This document shows, piece after piece, positions 27,701-37,010 of a stretch of DNA of 39,476 nucleotides. Under the pieces are notes generated by a model. That model was given only the letters and a program-made list of their open reading frames with translations, had not been told where the DNA came from and ran no database searches. The stretch lies in sequence record SRR20825010_854. The stretch is one strand, 5' to 3'. Position 1 is the first letter of the stretch. Each line of letters begins with the position of its first letter. The position numbers and the translations under genes were made by a program.

Positions 27701-28003
27701 GCCAGCCTCAGCACACAGGTCCGCAAAGTCGGCGTTCTCGGCCAGAAACCCGTAACCCGGATGGATGGCCTCACAGCCCCGCTCCCTGGCGATGGCAATC
27801 AGCTGCGCCCCATCCAGATACGCCGGCACGCCGCGCCCGGGCAACGCTACCGCGTCATCCACCTCGCGAGTGTGCAGCGATGCCTGGTCATCCTCGGCAA
27901 ACACCCCCACGGAACGAACCCCCAGATCCGCACAGGCATTGGCAATACGAATGGCAATCTCGCCGCGATTGGCGATCAGAATGGCAGAAAACGGGACAGG
28001 CAC
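24731..28003 (-). CDS. Single-chain biotin-dependent acyl-CoA carboxylase (BC-BCCP-CT)
   Basis: ILIANRGEIAIRI, HPGYGFLAEN, GGGGRGMR, ERDCTLQRRHQK, EANPRVQVEH; biotinyl motif EAMKME; CT motifs DYTVFAGTQG, EGGGGRPGD, DTPGFMVGP. Start set at GTG 28003 (GGAG RBS). Confidence 0.93.
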   Translation of the reverse strand: MPVPFSAILIANRGEIAIRIANACADLGVRSVGVFAEDDQASLHTREVDDAVALPGRGVPAYLDGAQLIAIARERGCEAIHPGYGFLAENADFADLCAEAGLTLIGPGAQTLRLFGDKAAARALAAQCQVPLVQGTAQAVTLTEAQTFMASLDGSGVMIKALSGGGGRGMRAVTDPAALEAAYQRCQSEAKAAFGNEAVYVEQLVTAARHIEVQVLGDGSGAVSHLWERDCTLQRRHQKLVEFAPAPGLAPALRDRIIDSALTLAAEVNYLGIGTFEFLVEPDAGRYFFMEANPRVQVEHTVTEQVTGVDLVQTQIRLAAGASLADLNLETAPICEGMAVQLRLNLETLKADGSTTPAVGTLTAYEPANGPGIRVDGYGYAGYAVSPAYDSLLAKLIVSGANYEAVLQRARRALKQTRIDGVQSNLPLLQALLGSDAVQANTVTTRFVEAHLSELMTALPETSSGAQPATASVSPAQTLATPPGCDAVVSPTTGVLVSLLVQVGEAVQGGQVVAVLEAMKMEFEVRATLAGRVQGLAVNEGDAISEGAPLLFVAPGEVEGDAIATEESVDLEYIRQDLADVLDRHHTISDEGRPHAVEKRHSKGKRTARENIDDLLDADSFQEYGAMALAAQRRRRSAEELQILSPADGLIGGTGTVNADPFGEQAARVMALSYDYTVFAGTQGMMNHKKTDRLLQLAGQWKMPLVLFAEGGGGRPGDTDFVGVAGLDCHTFAAMAKLSGEVPLVGIGSGRCFAGNAALLGCCDVIIATEDASIGMAGPAMIEGGGLGRFTPEQVGPVSVQAPNGVVDVRVKDEAEAVAVAKQYLSYFQGTVKDWQAADQRELRHRIPEKRTRVYDMRAVIETMADSGSVLELRKAFSPGMITALVRIEGKPFGLIANDPAYLGGAVDAVGGDKAARFMQLCEAFGLPMVSLCDTPGFMVGPEAEKQATVRHVSRMFVTAASLTVPFFTVVLRKGYGLGAQAMAAGSFHSPLFTAAWPSAEFGAMGLEGAVRLGFAKELAAQPTPEQQQRLFDKLVAKAYQQGKAMNMASFLEIDAVIDPMESRQWLLRGLNASGFQTGRHGGRPFVDTF

Positions 28004-28242
28004 GGCGGACTCCAGTCTTAGATTCGGCGGCAAAGACCACAGTGTAGCCAGTTGGGGTTATCGATGGCATTGATCGGTACGCATAACCGCTTATGCATCA
28101 GGTTAATGCAGGCAGCGTCAGACAAGCACCACCGGCATCCTTGGCAGGGCGCGAGAATTCCACTCTGTGCCGTGCTAACTTTCCCATTCAGATTGGCAAC
28201 CACCAGAGCGCTGGGGCCCTGGTCACACCAGAAGGGATAATC

Positions 28243-28698
28243 ATGTTACGGATCGCTACCCTCCATGGGTTACTGCTTGGCTTGCTGCTTGCTTCCTTCA
28301 AGACCACCGCTGCCGGGCTAACCGGACTGTGGGTTGGCTACTATAGTTATACGGATAATCACCGCGTGCCCATGTCCGTAGCAATTCAATCGGATGGCCA
28401 ACAATTCGTTGGGCAGATGATCGAACCCAACACCTCGAAGAATCCATACGATGTGGGTCGCCCCGCCATTATCCTCGGCACTGTTAACGGCACCGCCGTG
28501 ATGTTCGACAAGGCGTATTTTTCCGACGTTGAGAGTACCAACCCCGTAATGCTCAAAGACGACGCCAACCGGGTTCGCTACGAACTGGAGGCCACTGACA
28601 ATGGCCAAACACTGTTTGGACGGTGGTCCGTCGGCGGCATGTCCGGCAGAGCAACGTTCAAGCGCATCTCGCCAAGCATTGTAGACAAGCTGCCGTAG
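28243..28698 (+). CDS. Secreted hypothetical protein (beta-rich)
   Basis: In-frame ATG 28243 after GAAGGGA; signal peptide; LTGLWVGYY...LFGRWSVG pattern. Confidence 0.7.
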   Translation: MLRIATLHGLLLGLLLASFKTTAAGLTGLWVGYYSYTDNHRVPMSVAIQSDGQQFVGQMIEPNTSKNPYDVGRPAIILGTVNGTAVMFDKAYFSDVESTNPVMLKDDANRVRYELEATDNGQTLFGRWSVGGMSGRATFKRISPSIVDKLP

Positions 28699-28768
28699 GG
28701 AAAACCCGTGATTTATTACAGGACTCTCTTTTTTCTTTTCCCGAAAAACGATTTCAAGAGCACCAACC

Positions 28769-29569
28769 ATGGATTTAGAACTCACGCATAAAACCGCACT
28801 GGTCAGCGGGGCTCACCGTGGCACTGGCCATGTCATTGCCCGCACGTTGGCAGAAGAAGGCGCAACGGTCGCGCTTCATGCGTTTACCCAGCCGCAAGCC
28901 GACGAAGCCATGGCAGCCATCACCGATCCGGCGCTCAATATCGTCCCGGTTGTGGGAGACCTGCTCACCGATGACGGTGCCCAGCAAGTGATGAATCAAC
29001 TGGCGCAACAGGGCTTGCAGATCGACATCCTGGTGAATAATTACGGCACCGCGCTAAGGGGAAAATGGAATTCCCTCACCACCGAACAATGGCTGGAAGC
29101 CACCAATGTGAATGTACTCAGCGCCGTGCGCCTGATTCAGCACTGCACGCCACACATGAAGGAAAGCCAGTGGGGTCGCATCATCAATCTCAGCACCATT
29201 GGCGACCATCAACCGAATGCCATCATGCCGCACTACTACGGTGCCAAGGCCGCGCTCTCTAATGCTTCCGTGAGCCTGGCCAAAGAACTCAGCCATACAG
29301 GCATCACCGTTAATACCGTCTCCCCCGGCCTGATTCACACGCCAGAAGTGGAGCGCGCCTACCAGGCAAGGGCCCAGCAAAAAGGCTGGCACACGGATTG
29401 GGACGTCTTACAGGACAAAATTGTCGAGAGCGATTTCCCCAACCCCTGCGGCCGTCTGGCCACCCGCCAGGAAGTAGCGGACCTGGTGGTGTTCCTGGCC
29501 AGTCCGAGGGCCGGGTTTATTAACGGGCAGAATATTCGCGTGGATGGAGGTGCGGTTCGGTATGTTTGA
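28769..29569 (+). CDS. Short-chain dehydrogenase/reductase
   Basis: SGAHRGTG, DILVNN, YYGAK (YxxxK), VNTVSPG, INGQNIRVDGG. Confidence 0.92.
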   Translation: MDLELTHKTALVSGAHRGTGHVIARTLAEEGATVALHAFTQPQADEAMAAITDPALNIVPVVGDLLTDDGAQQVMNQLAQQGLQIDILVNNYGTALRGKWNSLTTEQWLEATNVNVLSAVRLIQHCTPHMKESQWGRIINLSTIGDHQPNAIMPHYYGAKAALSNASVSLAKELSHTGITVNTVSPGLIHTPEVERAYQARAQQKGWHTDWDVLQDKIVESDFPNPCGRLATRQEVADLVVFLASPRAGFINGQNIRVDGGAVRYV

Positions 29570-29669
29570 ATAATGATAGAGGCAGATTCAAGACACGAGC
29601 TCTTGCACATGGGGAAATGAAAGTAGAACACTGAATTTTGGAGAAAATGGCTCCCCCTTCACCAGATTG

Positions 29670-30235
29670 CTATGAATTATCTTCGGCAACCTCATAGGCA
29701 TTTTCGACATAGCTCGGGCCACGATCAATTACATTCTTTATCATTGGTGACAGGCCAAATAACACGCTCGCGATACTCATTTCCGCTATACTCGCAATAA
29801 ATGGATTGATAGAGAAATCAACGTCGCTTATATAAAATAGATATACCGAAAGCCCGCAGGCCACTACGCCCAAGAAAAGCATCAAGTTCAGCAACAGGCA
29901 CACCTCTTTCGTAGATTTTTTCAACTTAGCAACTTTATGATTCGCCTTTGAAACAAGAACATCTACAAATTCACCTACTTGCAAAGAATGCTGATCGGCA
30001 TCTATTTCTGCTTGAAAGCGGAATACAGAATCTGCCTTATATTCGATGATTGGCAAATAAAAAACGGTTGTAGCGCCACCAGACCTCTGACGCGATTCTT
30101 TAATATCAACAATTTTACCTGTAACCAAGAAAGATTCAGCTATGAACTTCTCTCTCGTTTTCTTCGCAAGAACAGAGACACCAACAAAAAAAGTCCGGCC
30201 ACCATGAACATTAAAGCCCCCATATTCCTTCCCAT
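29670..30235 (-). pseudogene. Frameshifted membrane protein gene (DUF3592-like)
   Basis: ATG 30235 gives MGRNMGALMFMVAGLF.. then a stop after 31 codons; the adjacent frame continues KFIAESFLVTGKIVDI..YLPIIEY..LQVGEFVDVLV plus TM helices. Either +1 in A7 (30186-30192) or -2 in (TC)4 (30149-30156) joins them. AT-rich. Confidence 0.7.
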
Positions 30236-30474
30236 TATTAATTTTTTACTGATATAGCCCCAGCTAAAGGCACGGCATGAGCCTGCTAACCTGGCCTCAC
30301 TCATAGCACCCGAAAGAGATCAAACCTTGAATGTTTCCGTTCGCAATGATCCATTGATAATCAGGTCTTTTCTCGTGCGCCCAGCAGCAAAGGGAAATCA
30401 TTAAGTAATGACCCGACGATGAAGGGCTAGCTTGATGGATGGGCCGCCCTTGCGACCCATACACCACAACACAA

Positions 30475-30756
30475 TCAAACGTCGTTACATTTCACCTTTA
30501 CTGATACGGTTCGGGATGTTGCAGCAGGATTTAGAGAATAGTTTGTGTTCACTTGCCCCGCACCTTCATCAACGTACTCAAACCCCTCGCCATCGCAAAC
30601 TTTATTGGCCTTGTTATCAATGTTCTTTCTTACCGCTTCCTCGCTCTTAAAAACACTGGCATGGCCATGAATCATGTAGGTATTTTCATCAACGGCGTTT
30701 ACGTTAAAGTAGGTGCAGCCTGACAAGAAAAAAGGAACAATAAGTATCTTTTTCAT
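30475..30756 (-). CDS. Small lipoprotein of unknown function
   Basis: MKKILIVPFFLSG-C lipobox; GAGGG RBS; two further Cys; AT-rich. Confidence 0.8.
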   Translation of the reverse strand: MKKILIVPFFLSGCTYFNVNAVDENTYMIHGHASVFKSEEAVRKNIDNKANKVCDGEGFEYVDEGAGQVNTNYSLNPAATSRTVSVKVKCNDV

Positions 30757-31011
30757 ACAACCCTCAATTTAAATAAAGTTATACTTGGCGCCGCGCTTCC
30801 AGGCTGGTCACTTTATATCAATCAGTTACTCTTTTCTGTAAGCCATATCCTACAAGCCGAAACGTCTGTTCTTTTCATCACAGACATTTTGAAAGGCAGA
30901 CGAAACATTCTGGCCAGGTCTTGCCCCGTGCGCACCACGCCACTACCCAACACCGAAATCGAACCGCCAGCGACGCTCCCACAGGAAGGTTATTGTTGTC
31001 AGCCAGACACC

Positions 31012-31038
31012 CACAAAAAAGCCCGGCATTGCCGGGCT
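31012..31038 (-). terminator. Terminator hairpin nearly identical to the glmS terminator
   Basis: cacaaaaaagcccggcattgccgggct versus cacaaaaaagcccggcaacgccgggct at 35108-35134 (25/27; both differences in the loop). Confidence 0.8.
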
Positions 31039-31099
31039 TCCGCTGTTAACTGGCTTGAGGCCATTGATCAGAGATCGGTAACCAGCGTTGAGGATATGA

Positions 31100-31402
<303 letters not shown>

Positions 31403-31448
31403 AGAAAAAACCGTCTGATCTCATTGCACCGACACCCGTCACACCACT

Positions 31449-32060
31449 TCACTTTTGGTAATGACTCAAAAAAAGAGCGGTGGTTTGCGATGCAAGCTCA
31501 CGACGTTCCTGCACCGTCAGCAGCGGCGCAATCTGCATTAACTGCGGCCAGAAGCAACCGCCTTTGATCAAGCTATGAACCTGCTGGCTGGCGACCTCGT
31601 GATCCAGCTGCTGCAGGCGGGCATCGGCGACCGCCGCCTTGATCCACCGGCTGATCGCCGGTTCATGGGCTGCCAGTTTTTCTACTTGCTCGCGTAAGGC
31701 GTCCGGGCGGTGGAAAAAATGATCGAAAGCAACCCGGTTCAGGTCGATGTATTGCTGGCTACAGATCACCTCGATTTCCAATTCGATCAGGGCACAGAGC
31801 TGACTATGCAAATCGGCATCCGGATCATAGTCACGCCCTTCATGCACCGTCGCTTGCTGCCAGAGCTCCGCCATCAGCGTCATGATCAGCACTTCCTTGC
31901 TGGCGAAGTGGTTGTACACCGTGCGCTTGGACACCTGAGCCAGGGCAGCCAGTTCATCCATGCTGGTGTTGTGTACGCCATGCTCCTGAAACGCATCCCG
32001 GGCGGCCTGCAGAATGGCTTGGCGCTTCAGTTCACTTCGGGTCGGGCTTGTCTCGCTCAT
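31449..32060 (-). CDS. TetR/AcrR family regulator
   Basis: KRQAILQAARDAFQEHG..TSMDELAALAQVSKRTVYNHFASKE HTH. Confidence 0.93.
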   Translation of the reverse strand: MSETSPTRSELKRQAILQAARDAFQEHGVHNTSMDELAALAQVSKRTVYNHFASKEVLIMTLMAELWQQATVHEGRDYDPDADLHSQLCALIELEIEVICSQQYIDLNRVAFDHFFHRPDALREQVEKLAAHEPAISRWIKAAVADARLQQLDHEVASQQVHSLIKGGCFWPQLMQIAPLLTVQERRELASQTTALFLSHYQK

Positions 32061-32098
32061 ATGGCTTCCGTTATCCGGGCAGGTCTGGGGGAACGGGG

Positions 32099-32160
32099 CA
32101 ACTTTACACTAAGTAGTTTACTTTTCCTAAATCACCAGTAAACTACACCGTATAGTTTAC
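32099..32160. promoter_or_regulatory. Probable TetR operator pair in the divergent promoter
   Basis: Perfect GTAAACTA-N7-TAGTTTAC (32138-32160) and a degenerate copy caacttta-N7-TAGTTTAC (32099-32121). Confidence 0.72.
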
Positions 32161-32171
32161 AATGGTGACAA

Positions 32172-33287
32172 ATGATAAAACGCAGATTGATAATGACAGG
32201 AGTGCTTGTGATGGCCGTCAGTCTCTTCAAGGCCTGTTCCTCACCGGAGCAGAAGTTCTACAACACCGGCATGACCTCCAGTGGTGGCGCGGCCAACCTG
32301 TGGGAAATTGCCAGGATGTACTTGCGCACCAAGCGCGAGGCCCCCACTCCTGCCAGCCCACTTCCGCTGCGCCCAATTCCTGCAGCCGAGCTAGCCGAGC
32401 CGGGCAATCACGCCAAAATCTATCGGTTAGGTCACTCCAGCACCCTGATTCATCTTGATGGCAACACCCTGCTGACCGACCCGGTATTTAGTGAGCGGGC
32501 CTCACCGGTCCAGTGGGCCGGGCCGAAGCGTTTCCATCCGCTACCGTTTAGCCTGGCCGATCTGCCTGCCATTACCGCTGTGGTCATCAGCCACGACCAC
32601 TACGACCATCTTGACCGGGACAGTGTGTTGGCACTGGACCACAAGGTATCCACCTTTCTGGTGCCACTCAAAGTGGGCAATCATCTGCGCCGCTGGGGCA
32701 TTGCCGACGACAAAATCGTAGAACTCGACTGGTGGCAGTCCCATCACATCGGCAGCCTGCAATTTACCGCCACCCCGGCCCAGCACTTCTCTGGCCGCAG
32801 CCTCGGCGACCGCGACAACACCTTATGGGCCAGCTGGGCTATACAGGGTCATGGAGGCAACATTTTCTTCAGTGGTGACAGCGGTTACTTCGACGGCTTC
32901 CGCGCGATTGGTGAACGGCTGGGTCCCTTTGACCTGACCCTGATCGAAACCGGCGCCTACAACCTGCTGTGGCGCAAGATTCACATGTTGCCTGAGCAGA
33001 GTGTGCAGGCCCATATGGATCTCCGCGGCCGTGCCATGCTGCCCATCCATAACAGTACCTTCGACTTGGCTCTTCACGACTGGTTTGAACCTTTGGAGCG
33101 AGCCACTGCGGCGGCACAAAAGAATAATATCCATTTGCTCACCCCCATCATCGGCGCACCGGTGATGGTGAAGCAGCCAGCACAAACCCCGCCGTGGTGG
33201 CGCGACGCCACCGGGTCAGCATCACTTGAGGCCGCTACGGCAGCCGCCGTAAGCGATATGGCTGCCCTAAAGGCTCAGCAACCCTGA
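32172..33287 (+). CDS. MBL-fold metallo-hydrolase (RomA/NAPE-PLD-like)
   Basis: LGHSS, LTDPVFSERASP, SHDHYDHLD, PAQHFSGR, FSGDSGY, PIHNSTFDLALHDW. Confidence 0.9.
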   Translation: MIKRRLIMTGVLVMAVSLFKACSSPEQKFYNTGMTSSGGAANLWEIARMYLRTKREAPTPASPLPLRPIPAAELAEPGNHAKIYRLGHSSTLIHLDGNTLLTDPVFSERASPVQWAGPKRFHPLPFSLADLPAITAVVISHDHYDHLDRDSVLALDHKVSTFLVPLKVGNHLRRWGIADDKIVELDWWQSHHIGSLQFTATPAQHFSGRSLGDRDNTLWASWAIQGHGGNIFFSGDSGYFDGFRAIGERLGPFDLTLIETGAYNLLWRKIHMLPEQSVQAHMDLRGRAMLPIHNSTFDLALHDWFEPLERATAAAQKNNIHLLTPIIGAPVMVKQPAQTPPWWRDATGSASLEAATAAAVSDMAALKAQQP

Positions 33288-33400
33288 TTCAGACTGAAAA
33301 CTCACCCGGTGACACTGAACGGTAGGCACCGGCATCAATCCCAGGGTTGTTTGCCCGGTGTCGCAATAACCCCGAATCAACAAATTAAAGAGTGAACGCA

Positions 33401-34345
33401 ATGGGCACTAATCCATTTGGACAAGAGGGCTGGACGCCCGAACGTATCGGTTCCCTGGCCGGCAAGACTTATGTAATCACCGGAGCCAATTCCGGCGCCG
33501 GATTTGCAGCAAGCGGCATTTTGCTGGCTAAAGGCGCCCGGGTCGTGATGATGAATCGCAATCCAGAGAAATCTGCTGCCGCTATTGCAGCCTTGAAACA
33601 GCGCTTTGGCAACAACGTGGATGTTACCTTCGTTCAGCTGGATCTTGCTGTGCAGGATTCCGTGCGTAAGGCAGCGGCACAGGTGCTGGAAACCGTGCCC
33701 AGGATTGATGCCTTGATTTGCAACGGCGCCATTGCCCAAGTTGCCAAGCAAGAGATCACCCTGGACGGCATTGAAAGCCAACTTGGTGTGAATCATTTTG
33801 GCCACTTTTTACTGACAGGCCTGCTGTTTGAGCGCATTGAAGAGTCCGCCGGCCGTATCGTGGTCGTTGGCAGCAATGCTTATAAAATGGGCTTAAAGAA
33901 AATCCAGTTCGACGATCTGAATTTTGATAGCAATTACACCGCCTGGAATGCCTACGCACAGAGCAAACTGGCGCAAATGATGTTTGCTTATGAACTGCAA
34001 CGCCGCATCCAGGCTGGCGGAAAAAAGGTAGGTGTATTTGTTTGTCACCCCGGTGCATCACGGACCAATTTGCTCATGGATACGGCCAGTACATTCAACA
34101 AAATACTGTGGTCTTTGCTTTCCCGTTTAATCGCTCAGTCAGCAGAAAAAGGGGCCTGGCCGGAAGTTATGTGTGCAACGGAAGGCGATCTGGAATCGAA
34201 AAAGCTCTATGGCCCGACAAAACGCATGGAGACTATCGGGCCGGTAGGTGAATGCCCCCTGGATCCGGTGGCGCTCAACACGGACATGGCATCCACACTG
34301 TGGAAAACATCCGAGCAGAAAACCGGCTTTGTATGGCAGCTGTAA
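33401..34345 (+). CDS. Short-chain dehydrogenase (retinol dehydrogenase-like)
   Basis: ITGANSGAG, LDLA, VNHFGHF, YAQSK, HPGAS; ATG 33401 (GTG 33392 is an alternative start). Confidence 0.9.
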   Translation: MGTNPFGQEGWTPERIGSLAGKTYVITGANSGAGFAASGILLAKGARVVMMNRNPEKSAAAIAALKQRFGNNVDVTFVQLDLAVQDSVRKAAAQVLETVPRIDALICNGAIAQVAKQEITLDGIESQLGVNHFGHFLLTGLLFERIEESAGRIVVVGSNAYKMGLKKIQFDDLNFDSNYTAWNAYAQSKLAQMMFAYELQRRIQAGGKKVGVFVCHPGASRTNLLMDTASTFNKILWSLLSRLIAQSAEKGAWPEVMCATEGDLESKKLYGPTKRMETIGPVGECPLDPVALNTDMASTLWKTSEQKTGFVWQL

Positions 34346-34653
34346 TTCTGCTCGCTTATGCATCAATCTCGGGGGTCGAAACAATGAACTCCCCACCCCC
34401 CGTGGCCGCCTGGCGGCCACGCAGTAAGATGTGTACTTAATGGTGTTTCTTTCCAGCTCCGCCACTGGATTCATTAATGTGCAGAATAATCGGGGGCGGG
34501 GTGCGATTAGCTATGTTTTAGCCCGTTGTGGAGGCACGGGGAAGACCTGACTCCCGTGTCAGTCCAACATCAGTAATGCCTATAGAGCCTGTAGGAGATC
34601 CGCCAATTCACACGTGCCTCCAACTTTTTCCCCAACGATATCGTGGCTCACGA

Positions 34654-35076
34654 TTAGCTTTCTTTATTTTTATCAGCCAGCTTCCCAGAGCTGGCAACCC
34701 GCGTCCCAGAGATCATGTCATGAAACCCTTTCTGCTCCCGGGAAACAAGCACGGGAATAAAGAGGAAGACATTGATGGACACCACCAGTGAGAACAGCAA
34801 GCAACGGCGGAACCATTGAACGCCGGATGGGGACTGGCCGGTCTTCGCATCTATAACCTTCAAGCCAAATAGCCTTTTCCCCAGATGCAAACCCGCTAAC
34901 CAGTACACAAAAAAGCCCAGGGGTATCGCCAGCAGCATAAAGACTTCAACAGGCATGAAGCCTGTCACTAGCCCGGCTATCATGGCGATTTTGTTGGTCA
35001 GCATGATCACGCCTGAAACCAGCACCAGATCAATAACGAATGCCGGGATCCTGAGCAACGCTGTCTTCATTTCCAT
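34654..35076 (-). CDS. RDD family membrane protein
   Basis: RIPAFVID, LGKRLFGLKVID, KGFHDMISGTRV; ATG 35076 with AAGGA RBS (the longer ORF overlaps the glmS terminator). Confidence 0.85.
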   Translation of the reverse strand: MEMKTALLRIPAFVIDLVLVSGVIMLTNKIAMIAGLVTGFMPVEVFMLLAIPLGFFVYWLAGLHLGKRLFGLKVIDAKTGQSPSGVQWFRRCLLFSLVVSINVFLFIPVLVSREQKGFHDMISGTRVASSGKLADKNKES

Positions 35077-35107
35077 ATGCCGATTCCTTTTTATTCTTTG
35101 TTCAAGG

Positions 35108-35134
35108 CACAAAAAAGCCCGGCAACGCCGGGCT
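35108..35134 (-). terminator. glmS Rho-independent terminator
   Basis: agcccggc-gtt-gccgggct followed by a U run on the minus strand, ~30 nt after the glmS stop. Confidence 0.9.
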
Positions 35135-35135
35135 C

Positions 35136-35163
35136 GTTATTCACTATTAATTATTCACTGCTT
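35136..35163. repeat. Solo heptamer arm (AT-rich class) between the glmS stop and its terminator
   Basis: gttattc-actatta-attattc-actgctt; same class as 3307-3334. Confidence 0.7.
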
Positions 35164-36993
35164 TTATTCAACCGTCACCGACTTGGCCAGATTCCGCGGC
35201 TGATCCACATCGGTCCCGCGCAACACTGCCACATGATAGCTAAGTAGCTGCAACGGCACGGTGTAGACGATGGGGGAGATGGTTTCCGGGATCGCCGGCA
35301 TGTTCAGTACGTGGATGCCTTCCCCCTCTTTTACGTGGGCGTTCTTGTCGGCGAAGACATACAGTTCGCCGCCCCGGGCACGCACTTCCTGCAGGTTGGA
35401 TTTCAGTTTTTCCAGCAGCTCATCGTTAGGCGCCACGGAGACCACCGGCATTTCGCTGTCGACCAGCGCCAGGGGACCATGCTTCAACTCACCCGCTGCA
35501 TAGGCTTCGGCGTGAATGTAGGAAATTTCCTTTAGCTTGAGTGCGCCTTCCAGCGCCACCGGGAACTGTACACCACGGCCCAGGAACAGGGCATGGTGTT
35601 TTTCCACGAAGGCTTCGGAAAGTTTTTCGATGGGCTTGTCCAGCGCGGCAGCCTGTTCAATCAGGTTGGGCAGCTGGCGCAACTCTTCCAGGACTTTTTC
35701 AATCTCGTTATCCGCCAGTCCTTTTTGTCGGCCCAGTGCCAACACCAGCATTAACAACCCAACCAATTGGGTAGTAAATGCCTTGGTGGAAGCGACACCG
35801 ATTTCCGGGCCAGCCTTGGTCAGGAACACCAGCTCCGATTCGCGCACCAAGGAGGAACTATCCACGTTGCACACCGCCAGGCGACCCACGTAGTTGGGTG
35901 ACTGGGTGTCGCGCAAAGCCGCCAGGGTATCGGCGGTTTCACCACTTTGAGAAATGGTGACGAACAGAGTGCCTTCTGGCACCACGTGCTTGCGGTAGCG
36001 GAACTCGCTGGCCACTTCCACCTGACAGGGAATGCCGGCGATGTCTTCCAGCCAGTAACGGGCCACCATACCAGCGTGATAGCTTGTGCCGCAGGCGACG
36101 ATCTGGACGGTCTTTACCTTGTCGAAAATCGCCGGGGCTTTTTCGCCGAAGGCCTCAATCAGACTGGCCGGATTGTCGATACGCCCTTCCAGGGTTTTCT
36201 GGATTGCCGCCGGCTGCTCGAAGATTTCCTTCTGCATGTAGTGGCGGTATTCACCCTTTTCCGCATCTTCATGGGTGCCGTCGAATTCGTGGGCTTCACG
36301 GGTTGCCGGATTGCCGTCCGCATCCACAATACGCACGCTATCAGTAGTGATTTCTGCCTGGTCACCTTCTTCAAGGAAGATAAAGCGGTTGGTCACCGGC
36401 AACAATGCCAGCTGATCCGACGCGATGTAGTTTTCATCAATGCCCAGGCCAATGACCAGCGGGCTGCCGGAGCGTACGGTGACCATCTTGTGCGGTTCTG
36501 AGGCATGAATAACACCCAGTGCGTAAGCACCATCCAGCTTTTTGGTGACCGCCTGCACGGCGTCAAACAGGTTCAGGCCGGTATCCAGTGCCTGGTGTAC
36601 CAGGTGGACGATGACTTCCGTATCGGTCTGGGATTCGAAGTGGTAGCCGCTGGCTTCCAGTTCGTCTTTCAGTTCCTGAAAGTTTTCGATGATACCGTTG
36701 TGTACCAGAGCCAAATCACCACCGGACATATGCGGATGGGCATTGGCTTCTGACGGCTTGCCATGGGTGGCCCAACGGGTATGAGCAATGCCGGTGAAGC
36801 CTTGCGTCTGTTCTTGCGTGGCCGCCTCTTCCAAACCGGCAACCTTGCCCTGACGACGCACACGGCTAATACCGCTGTCATTCAACAGTGCCACACCAGC
36901 GCTGTCATAACCCCGGTACTCAAGCCGCTTGAGCCCGGTGATCAAAATATTTGTCACGTTACGCTGGGCAATGGCCCCGACAATTCCGCACAT
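35164..36993 (-). CDS. glmS: Glutamine-fructose-6-phosphate transaminase (isomerizing)
   Basis: MCGIVG N-terminus, [29 protein letters not shown]-terminal [11 protein letters not shown]. Confidence 0.99.
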   Translation of the reverse strand: MCGIVGAIAQRNVTNILITGLKRLEYRGYDSAGVALLNDSGISRVRRQGKVAGLEEAATQEQTQGFTGIAHTRWATHGKPSEANAHPHMSGGDLALVHNGIIENFQELKDELEASGYHFESQTDTEVIVHLVHQALDTGLNLFDAVQAVTKKLDGAYALGVIHASEPHKMVTVRSGSPLVIGLGIDENYIASDQLALLPVTNRFIFLEEGDQAEITTDSVRIVDADGNPATREAHEFDGTHEDAEKGEYRHYMQKEIFEQPAAIQKTLEGRIDNPASLIEAFGEKAPAIFDKVKTVQIVACGTSYHAGMVARYWLEDIAGIPCQVEVASEFRYRKHVVPEGTLFVTISQSGETADTLAALRDTQSPNYVGRLAVCNVDSSSLVRESELVFLTKAGPEIGVASTKAFTTQLVGLLMLVLALGRQKGLADNEIEKVLEELRQLPNLIEQAAALDKPIEKLSEAFVEKHHALFLGRGVQFPVALEGALKLKEISYIHAEAYAAGELKHGPLALVDSEMPVVSVAPNDELLEKLKSNLQEVRARGGELYVFADKNAHVKEGEGIHVLNMPAIPETISPIVYTVPLQLLSYHVAVLRGTDVDQPRNLAKSVTVE

Positions 36994-37010
36994 AAACGCT
37001 ATTCCTTCCC

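Noticed and set aside
24644-28021. Long + strand ORFs (621 aa and 456 aa) opposite the carboxylase
   Set aside because: Antisense shadows of a GC-rich gene; no motifs, and fully overlapping a well-supported CDS.
30297-30401. 34-codon minus-strand ORF MISLCCWAHEKRPDYQW...
   Set aside because: No RBS or recognisable motif; could be a remnant but cannot be supported.
30986-31014. Minus-strand TGTCTGGCTGACAACAATAA resembling a Tn7-like end next to the duplicated terminator
   Set aside because: Only one TnsB-like word; no repeated sites, no matching opposite end or 5-bp duplication found, and no tns genes.
34139-34474. Minus-strand ORF starting MNPVAE considered as a RAYT/IS200 transposase remnant
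   Set aside because: Only an NPV tripeptide matches; no HUH or catalytic Tyr context, and it overlaps the SDR gene.
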